Made by a program: the position numbers and the translations under genes
Shown here: positions 34,001 to 40,012 of the stretch, piece by piece
Layout: the number at the start of each line of letters is the position of its first letter
How positions within the stretch are numbered: position 1 is the stretch's first letter
Source of the DNA: Clostridia bacterium
GTDB taxonomy: Bacteria; Bacillota; Clostridia; UMGS1883
Reading direction: 5' to 3'
Assembly (NCBI GenBank): GCA_045578925.1
Contig: JAZNLD010000097.1
Location: forward strand, 1 to 40,012
Length of the DNA stretch: 40,012 nt
Notes under the pieces: generated by a model
Seen by the model: only the letters and a program-made list of their open reading frames with translations
The model's database searches: none
Told to the model about the DNA's origin: nothing

Positions 34001-35255
34001 TGTAGAAATGACAGTTTGCTACACGGTTATTACCGGGAGTAATTGTCTGAATATCGCCACCGCCACGAAGCTGTATGCCGTATTTACCAATATCCTGAAT
34101 TGTACATCCTTCAACGGTACAATTTGTTGATTCATATATATACACTGCGTATGAACCGATGTTCTGTATTGTTGCATTACGGACTGTGATATTGTTTGAT
34201 TTATGAATATAATATCCGTAATTAATAAGGTTGTCATAAACATTGATTCCGTCAAAGATAATGTTTGAAGCCCCTTCAGTCTGGATATATGACTTCATAT
34301 GTGTAGTGATTGTAAGCTTATCAGTTGCCTTGAGTTTATACGGAGGATAGTAGTAGAGCATCTTGGTATTCTTATCTATGAAGAATTCTCCGGGAGAGTC
34401 AACTTCTTCAAGAAGGTTTTCTACATACCATCTGTGACCGGGCTTTACGCCATAAGCAGTTTTATGTGTGAAGTAAATTGTCTTTTTTGTTGTATCTACG
34501 CCCTTAAGCGGAACATGGTCCATGTTATATTCAGAACCGATGTAGCCACGAATCAGTGCCTGATCTGCCTGAAGCCATCTTTCGGGACGGAGGTCGTTAT
34601 ACTTGAATTCAGCCTTTTTACCATCACCTGTAGAACCTGTATCGCCTGCGCTTACTACTGTAGTAATGTTCTGGAAGCCAACATTGGGCCATCTGGAAAG
34701 TTCCTGTCTCTTATCGTTAAGATAGAGGTTAGCAGTAGCAGCCGCATAGCGAGAATCTGTAAATCTTGCCGCATAATCAAACGCACTGAAATCAAGAGGA
34801 TATTCAGAAAGGTCAAGCACGCCAATCTTTCCCTGTGCCTCGGAAGGAATCCTTTTGAGAATGCCGGCATCACTAATGGGCTTGAAATCCATATGATTAA
34901 GAGTAACAGCGTTGGTCATTCTTACTTCGCCGTCACCTGCACTGCGGTAAATTACAGGATAGTTTTCTGTACCTGAATCTTCCTGTGTGAATTTGAGTGT
35001 TAATTCCTGGGGGTATATACCAGCGTGGATAATGACCTCAGCAATTTTCTTTCTGTGGTCCTTTGTGCGGAGATATTCTCTCGCTGCTTCGATTGTTTTG
35101 AATGGTTTTGCTTCGCTGCCGTCGCCCGCAAATCTTGCTTTTGAATCTACATGGACAATAATTCTGTCAGCCTCTTCAGCCATTGCTGTAAAAGGAACTA
35201 AAGAAAGTACCATGCAGAGTGCAAGAAGCAGTGCTGTAATTCTAACTTTTTTCAT
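31089..35255 (-). CDS. Secreted giant right-handed parallel beta-helix protein (pectate-lyase-fold glycan depolymerase candidate) with FN3, ConA-like and copper-amine-oxidase-N-like modules
   Basis: 1388 aa with signal peptide MKKVRITALLLALCMVLSLVPFTAMA.
- A DUF1565-like opening: HVDSKARFAGDGSEAKPFKTIEAAREYL.
- PbH1-like repeats: NIIFDGINVYDN..NITVRNATIQNIGSYAVYIYESTNCTVEGCTIQDIGKYGIQL.
- The family-typical closing segment FVDPENHDYRLK.
- An FN3-like module at aa ~708-805 (YIKWEAARYADAYEYVVATDPELKN..YYYKVWAKA).
- A C-terminal double YIENGRTMVPLRFVSEAFGAKVDWD / LVNGRTMIPLRATVEALGKKVMWY (nt ~31161-31523). Confidence 0.7.
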   Translation of the reverse strand: MKKVRITALLLALCMVLSLVPFTAMAEEADRIIVHVDSKARFAGDGSEAKPFKTIEAAREYLRTKDHRKKIAEVIIHAGIYPQELTLKFTQEDSGTENYPVIYRSAGDGEVRMTNAVTLNHMDFKPISDAGILKRIPSEAQGKIGVLDLSEYPLDFSAFDYAARFTDSRYAAATANLYLNDKRQELSRWPNVGFQNITTVVSAGDTGSTGDGKKAEFKYNDLRPERWLQADQALIRGYIGSEYNMDHVPLKGVDTTKKTIYFTHKTAYGVKPGHRWYVENLLEEVDSPGEFFIDKNTKMLYYYPPYKLKATDKLTITTHMKSYIQTEGASNIIFDGINVYDNLINYGYYIHKSNNITVRNATIQNIGSYAVYIYESTNCTVEGCTIQDIGKYGIQLRGGGDIQTITPGNNRVANCHFYNWATVHDFWGNHAVNVGRTSDNTTIGDIVENNIIHGAPYGQAIHFGGMQNQIRYNEICGVSHEGADLGVIYAGRTWNEWDNEMSYNYIHNFGPIFAAKYQVSGIYWDDWMVGQKAHHNIIVPGTKNRTAGNLFVGSDSYWCENIVVNSDIGSRATDRGSAIHETCYKTAAPSYKANSPAILEKYPRIMELREMYETNNKLMICKNNTFHNNLSVDVNRDNFQEAHTKNGSFINNQNIKDYGVFVDPENHDYRLKREAVTELNFPDTFINEDNFSMDKIGVQENVMKLEKVATPFRLIYPTNGQTDVVRNTAYIKWEAARYADAYEYVVATDPELKNVVASGTSIHNLVMLPDLKNNTVYYYKVWAKAYSKQIGNTWPSEGVPYMFKTSATDVLEKEMLNDEIKNLKALKTTVDPQIGPAIGQYKQEVTTAIDNKLASAQLIANKVTGSQEEIQQAVAELQEFQNGISGYKRAGHENIKIDDNWLAHDASTGVYKEGNTVKIESFGSGGWAYYKSKTPGYTVKHFRMKVNYNGYTGLSIKQSNPNVQCYDATLNTYLIVLKPEQIEFQKRNPGAAKVGTITTYPNSFIKEGEWVDIEFGSIDVPGGVNVFLKVNGETVFDEVDTETPCFGDGYFVIRPGSEGAVVELQEADPASIPAGEFVYGGSATQMDQAKTIYNADNKIAVKTGTFTEESATTIDGSKVKVSTDPNAQVVYTVTDTEVPYKTYYYHKPVEGGDPNATISMVAYSPTTGGKTTVVKNVDFSKGEEGWVYLGTYECASHSKIGDIIFTIKGSGKGKLVAPAVGVVKADKDLLEFNRTFYDYSENLLLMKIDSQKAFTVIDELQIPDTAPYIENGRTMVPLRFVSEAFGAKVDWDADTQTATITKGENVVAFTIGKKNYKANGTVKESETEAKLVNGRTMIPLRATVEALGKKVMWYGDERMILIADSFGFTEADTGKLKTAAKGFDKGFN

Positions 35256-35436
35256 TTATTTTCCCTCCTATTTTTAAATAAAAAAGTTTTAGAGAATAAT
35301 TAAGTTATTATACACTAATTTAATATTAAAACATATTTTATAGAAAGTAAATACTAAAAAATACGTTTTAATATTGCAAAAAGTGTGTTTTTTTACAATA
35401 TTATCCGTATTTCTTTTGTGAAGTAATATTACTAAC

Positions 35437-35474
35437 AAAAAAACGCACGATCTGAATAAAATCGTGCGTTTTTT
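35437..35474 (-). terminator. Intrinsic terminator after uxuB
   Basis: Perfect 10-bp stem aacgcacgat / atcgtgcgtt (35442-35451 / 35461-35470) with a 9-nt loop. On the minus strand it is followed by TTTTTTT and starts 11 nt after the stop. Confidence 0.8.
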
Positions 35475-35481
35475 ACACATA

Positions 35482-36327
35482 TTATACTCCGCTATATGCA
35501 GAGAATCCACCGTCAACGGGAATAACAACGCCGTTAACAAAGCTTGCTGCATCCTTTGAAACAAGGAAAAGAAGTGTTCCGATAAGCTCGGTTGCGTCAC
35601 CGAATCTGCCCATAGGAGTTGCACCAAGAATTTTTCCTGTTCTGGGAGTGGGAGTACCATCTTCGTTAAAGAGAAGCTTTTCGTTCTGCTTTGTTACGAA
35701 AAATCCGGGTGCAATCGCGTTGCAACGGATGTTTGTGCGTGAGAAGTGAACTGCAAGCCACTGTGTAAAGTTGGAAATTGCAGCTTTTGCACCGCTGTAT
35801 GCAGGGATTTTTGTAAGAGGTGTGTATGCATTCATACTTGAAATGTTGATGATGCTCGCATCTTCCTTATCAAGCATATCTTTTGCAAATACCTGTGTGG
35901 GAAGAAGTGTGCCGAGGAAGTTGAGGTTGAACACGAATTCAACACCTGACTTGTCAAGGTCAAAGAATGTCTTTACCTTGCCCATATCCTCGGGTGCGAA
36001 ATATTCGTCATCGGTAGTAGCCTTGGGATTGTTACCGCCGGCACCATTGATGAGAATATCGCAAGTACCAAAATCCTTCACGATTTCATCGTGAGCCTTC
36101 TGGATGCTTTCTTCATCAAGAACATTACAAGCATAACCCTTCGCTGTACCACCATTTGCATTGATTTCTTCAGCGTACTTTTTAGCAGCCTCTTCGTTAA
36201 GGTCAAGGAGAGCTACCTTTGCACCTGTTTTTGCAAGCGCTTCTGCAAACATCGAGCAGAGAACACCGCCGGCACCTGTTACAACTGCAACCTTGCCTTT
36301 AAGATTGATTTCAAAAGGAAGCTTCAT
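35482..36327 (-). CDS. uxuB: SDR-family oxidoreductase, D-mannonate oxidoreductase type
   Basis: 281 aa. LKGKVAVVTGAGGVLCSMFAEALAKTGAKVALLD carries the TGxGGVL variant of the SDR glycine motif that I associate with mannonate-reductase-like SDRs. It also has NGAGGN and an active-site YSGAKAA. Its ATG overlaps the uxuA stop (TAATG, 36325-36329). Confidence 0.6.
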   Translation of the reverse strand: MKLPFEINLKGKVAVVTGAGGVLCSMFAEALAKTGAKVALLDLNEEAAKKYAEEINANGGTAKGYACNVLDEESIQKAHDEIVKDFGTCDILINGAGGNNPKATTDDEYFAPEDMGKVKTFFDLDKSGVEFVFNLNFLGTLLPTQVFAKDMLDKEDASIINISSMNAYTPLTKIPAYSGAKAAISNFTQWLAVHFSRTNIRCNAIAPGFFVTKQNEKLLFNEDGTPTPRTGKILGATPMGRFGDATELIGTLLFLVSKDAASFVNGVVIPVDGGFSAYSGV

Positions 36328-37370
36328 TATTTGTTTCCTCCCTTTTCAAGAGTCTCCCAGATACCTGCCATATACATAGCACCGAGCGCTCTGTCGTAGA
36401 GACCATAGCCGGGCTTTCCTGTTTCACCCCAGATCATACGACCGTGGTCAGGACGAAGGTAACCCTTGAAGCCTGTTTCATAATAAGCCTTGAGGATTTC
36501 AACTACATCAAGTGAGCCACACTCTGAAAGGTGACCGCTTTCTTCAAATGAGCCGTCTTCAAGGATTTTGATATTTCTTACATGAGCAAAGTGAATTCTG
36601 CCCATTGCGCCAAACTTTCTTACCATTGCAGTATAGTCATTGAACTTAGCACATCCAAGTGAACCGCTGCAAAGAGTAAGACCGTGATGTACATCGTCAT
36701 AAAGAGCGAGGAAACGGTCAATGTTTGCCTCGTTTGTAATAATTCTCGGAATACCGAAAATTGACCACGGCGGATCGTCGGGATGAATTGCCATGTTAAC
36801 ATCGCATTCAACGGCTACAGGCATAATCTCCTTGATAAAGTATTCAAGGTTTGCCCAGAGGCCTTCCTCTCCGATTTCCTTGTAAGCGTTTACAAGACCT
36901 GAAATTTCATCAGGTGAGTATGACGCATCCCAGCCGGGAAGAGTCATCTTTGTCGGATCCATCTTGTCAACATCCTCTTTGTAGTAAACAAGAGCGTTTG
37001 AACCATCCTTGAGAGGCTGATCAAGACGAGAACGAGTCCAGTCAAATACAGGCATGAAGTTATAGCAGATACACTTTACTCCTGCTTTTGCAAGACGACG
37101 GATGTTTTCTTTGTAGTTATCAATGTAAAGCTGATAATTACCGCGACGGAGCTTGATATCTTCATGCACGGGAACAGACTCAATAACTTCCATTTCAAGG
37201 CCCTTTGCGTTTACAAGAGCCTTCATCTCGTCGATTTGCTCCTGGGGCCATACTTCGCCTACGGGAACACTGTACACAGCTGTAACAACACCTGTCATAC
37301 AGGGAATTTGTCTGATATGATCAAGAGTAATTGAATCGTCCTGGCCATACCAACGAAATGTCATTTTCAT
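36327..37370 (-). CDS. uxuA: Mannonate dehydratase
   Basis: MKMTFRWYGQDDSITLDHIRQIPCMTGVVTAVY is the canonical UxuA opening. The ORF track starts two codons earlier (37376), but AAGGA lies only 2 nt from that ATG and 8 nt from ATG 37370. Confidence 0.85.
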   Translation of the reverse strand: MKMTFRWYGQDDSITLDHIRQIPCMTGVVTAVYSVPVGEVWPQEQIDEMKALVNAKGLEMEVIESVPVHEDIKLRRGNYQLYIDNYKENIRRLAKAGVKCICYNFMPVFDWTRSRLDQPLKDGSNALVYYKEDVDKMDPTKMTLPGWDASYSPDEISGLVNAYKEIGEEGLWANLEYFIKEIMPVAVECDVNMAIHPDDPPWSIFGIPRIITNEANIDRFLALYDDVHHGLTLCSGSLGCAKFNDYTAMVRKFGAMGRIHFAHVRNIKILEDGSFEESGHLSECGSLDVVEILKAYYETGFKGYLRPDHGRMIWGETGKPGYGLYDRALGAMYMAGIWETLEKGGNK

Positions 37371-37500
37371 ATGCATTTTCCTTTCTACGATATTTTTATA
37401 TTAAATTAATTTTTCTGTTAAACAAAAAACTCCCAAGCAAAATTTCTGACTTATGCTACGAAATAAATGCCCAAGGAGAATTTTTATTTCCAAAAATGGA

Positions 37501-38352
37501 TTATTCCTTTTTGTTCTTTTTACTCAACTCGTTTTGATATTCTGCAGGGGTTTTACCGGTGAAGGATTTAAACACCTTGTAGAAATATGGAGCACTTTTA
37601 TAACCAATGGTACTGAAAATCTGCGAAGCCTTTGTTTCGGGTTTCCTGAGCAGCTCTTTCGCCCTTTCAATACGCATACGATTTAGTGTCGTAGTAAAGT
37701 TTTCATTCATATACTTTCTGTAAAACGAGCAGAAATAAACCTTGTTGTAGCACATATAGTCTGCTAAATCAACCAGACTGATGTCATTAAAATAGTTGTT
37801 GCTGAGATATTCCATTATCTCATTTCTTATGCTTTCACTCTTACTTGTCCCAGTCAATTCAATATTTCTGTCTGCCTCGACAATCTGACCCATATACGAA
37901 AACTCTTTGGATATTTTAATTTTAGAAGTAATACCCAGCTTTTCAGACAAATCATGTGAAAGCCGCTGGCAGTACTTTTCCGCTGAAATACGAAGATCTT
38001 CTTTTTTATCCTTCTGGATGGCAACAATTCCTATATTGTTATAAGAATACATTACTGTTGCAAAGATTGCCTTCTTACTATCCTCAAGCGCTATTTCCGA
38101 AATAACGCTATAAAGTTCTTCTCTTCCATATCTGAATTTTGTTTTCAGATAATCATCAAATCTATCGATTGTAAGAGTTATGATAAGGGTATGTGCCCTT
38201 GTCAATTCACCCGGCAAAGAGGCAAGTTTCAATCTTTCAGCAAGATCCGACTCGCTTCTTATATTACCAAAAAACAAATCGGAAAAAAGCCTTTCAATCC
38301 TGATTTGTTTTTCATTGTTTTCTGAAGAATCTGAATGCTTACTATTAAACAA
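37501..38352 (-). CDS. Soluble AraC-family transcriptional regulator (no receiver, no TM)
   Basis: 283 aa. Apparent TTG start (38352..38350) with GGGGGTG 8 nt upstream. The C-terminal double HTH is ISLVDLADYMCYNKVYFCSFYRKYMNENF...IFSTIGYKSAPYFYKVFKSFTGKTPAEYQ. Confidence 0.8.
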   Translation of the reverse strand: MFNSKHSDSSENNEKQIRIERLFSDLFFGNIRSESDLAERLKLASLPGELTRAHTLIITLTIDRFDDYLKTKFRYGREELYSVISEIALEDSKKAIFATVMYSYNNIGIVAIQKDKKEDLRISAEKYCQRLSHDLSEKLGITSKIKISKEFSYMGQIVEADRNIELTGTSKSESIRNEIMEYLSNNYFNDISLVDLADYMCYNKVYFCSFYRKYMNENFTTTLNRMRIERAKELLRKPETKASQIFSTIGYKSAPYFYKVFKSFTGKTPAEYQNELSKKNKKE

Positions 38353-38402
38353 GCCTCATTCACCCCCTACTTAATCAAAAGCTAAAATTAACTTCCAAAA
38401 AA

Positions 38403-39554
38403 TCAGGGGCGTACACTCTGACGAATAACCTCTATAACATTGATGTCTTCGTCAAAGATTACAAACTCTGCATCATAACCATACATTATTTTACCTTTTT
38501 TGTCAAGGTTCATAATCTCTGCAGGAGTCTGTGTAACCATTTTAACGGAGTCAATAAGAGGAAGGCCTGCCATTTTTACACAAGTGCGTACAAGACGGTC
38601 AGTTGTCGCGATACTGCCTGCAAATGCACTTCTGTCTTTAAGCTTTGCAACGCCATCTTCAACAAGGCAATGATCATCTTCAATACCGTCTGCCTCGTTT
38701 TCCATACCGCCGTAACGGATGCTGTCAGTTACAAGGCACATTTTTTCAGGGCCTTTAACCTTGTGTATAAGTCTTATAAGTTCAGCTGGAAGGTGGCATC
38801 CGTCTGTAATAGCCTCTACAGTGATGCCGTCTGTAAGATAGCCTGCTTCAAGAACGCCGGGGAATCTGAATCCACCTTTTCTTGTAACGGTAGAGGTACA
38901 GGAATAAAAATGTGTAATCATCTTCATTCCGTTGTTATACGCATTCATCATTTCTGAATAGAGCGCATCTGTATGAGCCGCTGATGCCATAACATTAAAA
39001 TCCGTAAGAGTATGAAGAAATTCAAGATCAGGATCCACTTCAGGCGCGTAGCTCCATCTCTTTATAATATCTGCATATTCGTTCAGGAACTTGATATATT
39101 CTTCTTTCTGGGGTCTTCTTATATGGTTGGGGTCCTGTGCACCACACTGAAGCGGTGAAAAATAAGGTCCTTCGAGGTGAATACCAACAATTTCAGCCTT
39201 TGTAGACTTGTCTTCCTTTACCTTTCTTACCAAAGCTGAGGCTTTTTCCATATCCTCTATTGTGCTTGAAGAAAGTGTAGGGTAAATTGATGTTGTACCA
39301 TGAGCAAAATGACCGTCACAAGCCTTAATGATTTCTTCCTCTGTTGCGTCTTCAAATCTTACACCGAAGCCGCCGTGAACATGAATATCAATGAAGCCTG
39401 CAGAAACATAGTTTCCGTTCGCATTTTTTTCGCAGTCAAAAGGAAGCTCCTCGTCAGTTACTGCGATTATTGTACCATTTTCATAGTAAACGCTTTTTCC
39501 TTCTACAATACCTTCGGGTAATATAAGCTTACCACCGCTGATTTTTGTTACCAT
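38403..39554 (-). CDS. nagA: N-acetylglucosamine-6-phosphate deacetylase
   Basis: Motifs GFIDIHVHGG, GIHLEGPYFS and AAHTDA are present. The ORF-track start (GTG 39563) is itself part of the RBS GAGGTG. ATG 39554, 6 nt downstream, gives MVTKISGGKLILPEG. Confidence 0.85.
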   Translation of the reverse strand: MVTKISGGKLILPEGIVEGKSVYYENGTIIAVTDEELPFDCEKNANGNYVSAGFIDIHVHGGFGVRFEDATEEEIIKACDGHFAHGTTSIYPTLSSSTIEDMEKASALVRKVKEDKSTKAEIVGIHLEGPYFSPLQCGAQDPNHIRRPQKEEYIKFLNEYADIIKRWSYAPEVDPDLEFLHTLTDFNVMASAAHTDALYSEMMNAYNNGMKMITHFYSCTSTVTRKGGFRFPGVLEAGYLTDGITVEAITDGCHLPAELIRLIHKVKGPEKMCLVTDSIRYGGMENEADGIEDDHCLVEDGVAKLKDRSAFAGSIATTDRLVRTCVKMAGLPLIDSVKMVTQTPAEIMNLDKKGKIMYGYDAEFVIFDEDINVIEVIRQSVRP

Positions 39555-39582
39555 ACTTTTCACCTCGTATAGAAATGTGCAT

Positions 39583-39669
39583 AACCGAAATTAAATAATC
39601 CGATTCTCTGAATGCGAGTTCGAATTATTTAATTTCGGTTAACCAAGGGGAATAATCCCCCTGGTTAAC
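39583..39669 (-). other. Two adjacent inverted-repeat structures in the nagB-nagA spacer
   Basis: A perfect 17-bp inverted repeat aaccgaaattaaataat (39583-39599) / attatttaatttcggtt (39624-39640) has a 24-nt spacer. A 13-bp hairpin with one mismatch, gttaaccaagggg-aataat-ccccctggttaac, spans 39638-39669. Neither is followed by a T-run on the minus strand. Confidence 0.5.
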
Positions 39670-39673
39670 AAAA

Positions 39674-40012
39674 TTACTTGCTGAGAAGTGCTGCACTGTC
39701 GCTGTCGCAGTAAAGGATAGCGTTATCGTGCTTTCTCAAAATACTTGCAGGACAGTCGGGAGTGATTTCGCCCTCAACTGTGTTCTTAACTGCGTTAGCC
39801 TTTGTAGGAGCAGGTACTACGCAGAAAAGGTACTTACCTGAAGTAAGTGTGGGGATTGTGAGAGTAAGTGCCTGCTTGGGAACTTCGTCAAGTTTTGCGA
39901 AACATCCGTCGTTAACCTGCTGCATACGGCAAACTTCGTCAAGCTCAACTGTCTTAACTACTTTCTTGTCGTCAAACTCTGCTACATGGGGGTCATTGAA
40001 TGCGATATGACC
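39674..40012 (-). CDS. nagB: Glucosamine-6-phosphate deaminase/isomerase, C-terminal 112 aa; the N-terminus lies beyond the right window edge
   Basis: The frame is open to the window edge. My translation from 40012 gives GHIAFNDPHVAEFDDKKVVKTVELDEVCRMQQVNDGCFAKLDEVPKQALTLTIP...CPASILRKH. GHIAFN(D/E)P is the NagB-family signature. The ORF track lists only the internal-Met fragment 39674..39925. Confidence 0.8.
   Translation of the reverse strand, partial: GHIAFNDPHVAEFDDKKVVKTVELDEVCRMQQVNDGCFAKLDEVPKQALTLTIPTLTSGKYLFCVVPAPTKANAVKNTVEGEITPDCPASILRKHDNAILYCDSDSAALLSK

Noticed and set aside
34299-34976. 225-aa plus-strand ORF inside the beta-helix gene. Similar antisense ORFs occur at 29136-29687, 5591-6007, 23877-24287, 16820-17170 and 13702-14052, among others.
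   Set aside because: All lie fully inside long, well-supported genes on the opposite strand or in another frame. They lack RBSs and have Cys/Phe/Ile/Ser-rich, low-complexity translations typical of chance antisense frames in AT-rich DNA.
35289-35660. 123-aa minus-strand ORF spanning the uxuB 3' end, its terminator and the AT-rich spacer.
   Set aside because: It overlaps uxuB out of frame and reads straight through the 10-bp terminator hairpin. It has no RBS and gives a nonsense-like hydrophobic translation.
37377-37500. Possible terminator after the small AraC gene. CTCCCAAGCA and TGCCCAAGGAG lie near a T-run on the minus strand.
   Set aside because: The two segments are direct repeats, not inverted ones, so only ~4-5 bp can pair. 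This is not a convincing hairpin. The region is more likely the uxuAB promoter or leader, but I could not find a well-spaced -35/-10 pair.
1-40012. Strong strand bias (21 of 23 genes on the minus strand), considered as a sign of a horizontally acquired island or prophage.
   Set aside because: Co-orientation with replication is normal in Bacillota. There is no integrase, transposase, tRNA, flanking direct repeat or phage gene in the window, and I cannot compute compositional deviation reliably by eye.

Overview
The window reads as a glycan-utilisation island from a Gram-positive, low-GC bacterium. Evidence for a Bacillota/Clostridia-like origin is GGAGG-type ribosome-binding sites, SLH domains, a lipoprotein solute-binding protein and AT-rich intergenic DNA. 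I call 23 protein genes, 21 on the minus strand, and see no rRNA, tRNA, CRISPR array, transposase or integrase.

Gene order from right to left on the minus strand:
- nagB-nagA, a small AraC regulator, and uxuA-uxuB, ending at a terminator.
- A monocistronic 1388-aa secreted beta-helix protein with its own terminator.
- A two-gene PIG-L deacetylase / DUF4432 operon with a clean promoter and a bidirectional terminator.
- A plus-strand 734-aa membrane-spanning AraC-type regulator, divergent from the next unit.
- An LplABC-type sugar ABC importer that runs without a terminator into six large secreted proteins (6547-23088; 5369 aa).
- A cytoplasmic 2-hydroxyacid dehydrogenase and a GH78-like enzyme at the tail of that unit.
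- A plus-strand TIM-barrel isomerase.
- A glutaminase-A-like (DUF4965) protein and a secreted alkaline phosphatase that runs off the left edge.

The best candidate for an undescribed system is the six-gene secreted block plus the beta-helix protein. It contains two paralogous heparinase II/III-like lyases, two SLH-bearing wall-anchor proteins and several proteins or modules I cannot assign to a family. These are linked by shared non-catalytic modules and have no cohesin/dockerin or LPXTG signals. The likely controller is a sensor-TM-HAMP-like-AraC one-component regulator, possibly acting through a helical-turn-phased tandem repeat at an internal promoter.

The flanking catabolic genes (nagAB, uxuAB, PIG-L deacetylase) suggest a polymer containing N-acetylhexosamine and glucuronate. 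That substrate assignment is inference only.

All domain calls come from motif recognition by eye on the supplied translations. No HMM or database search was run.
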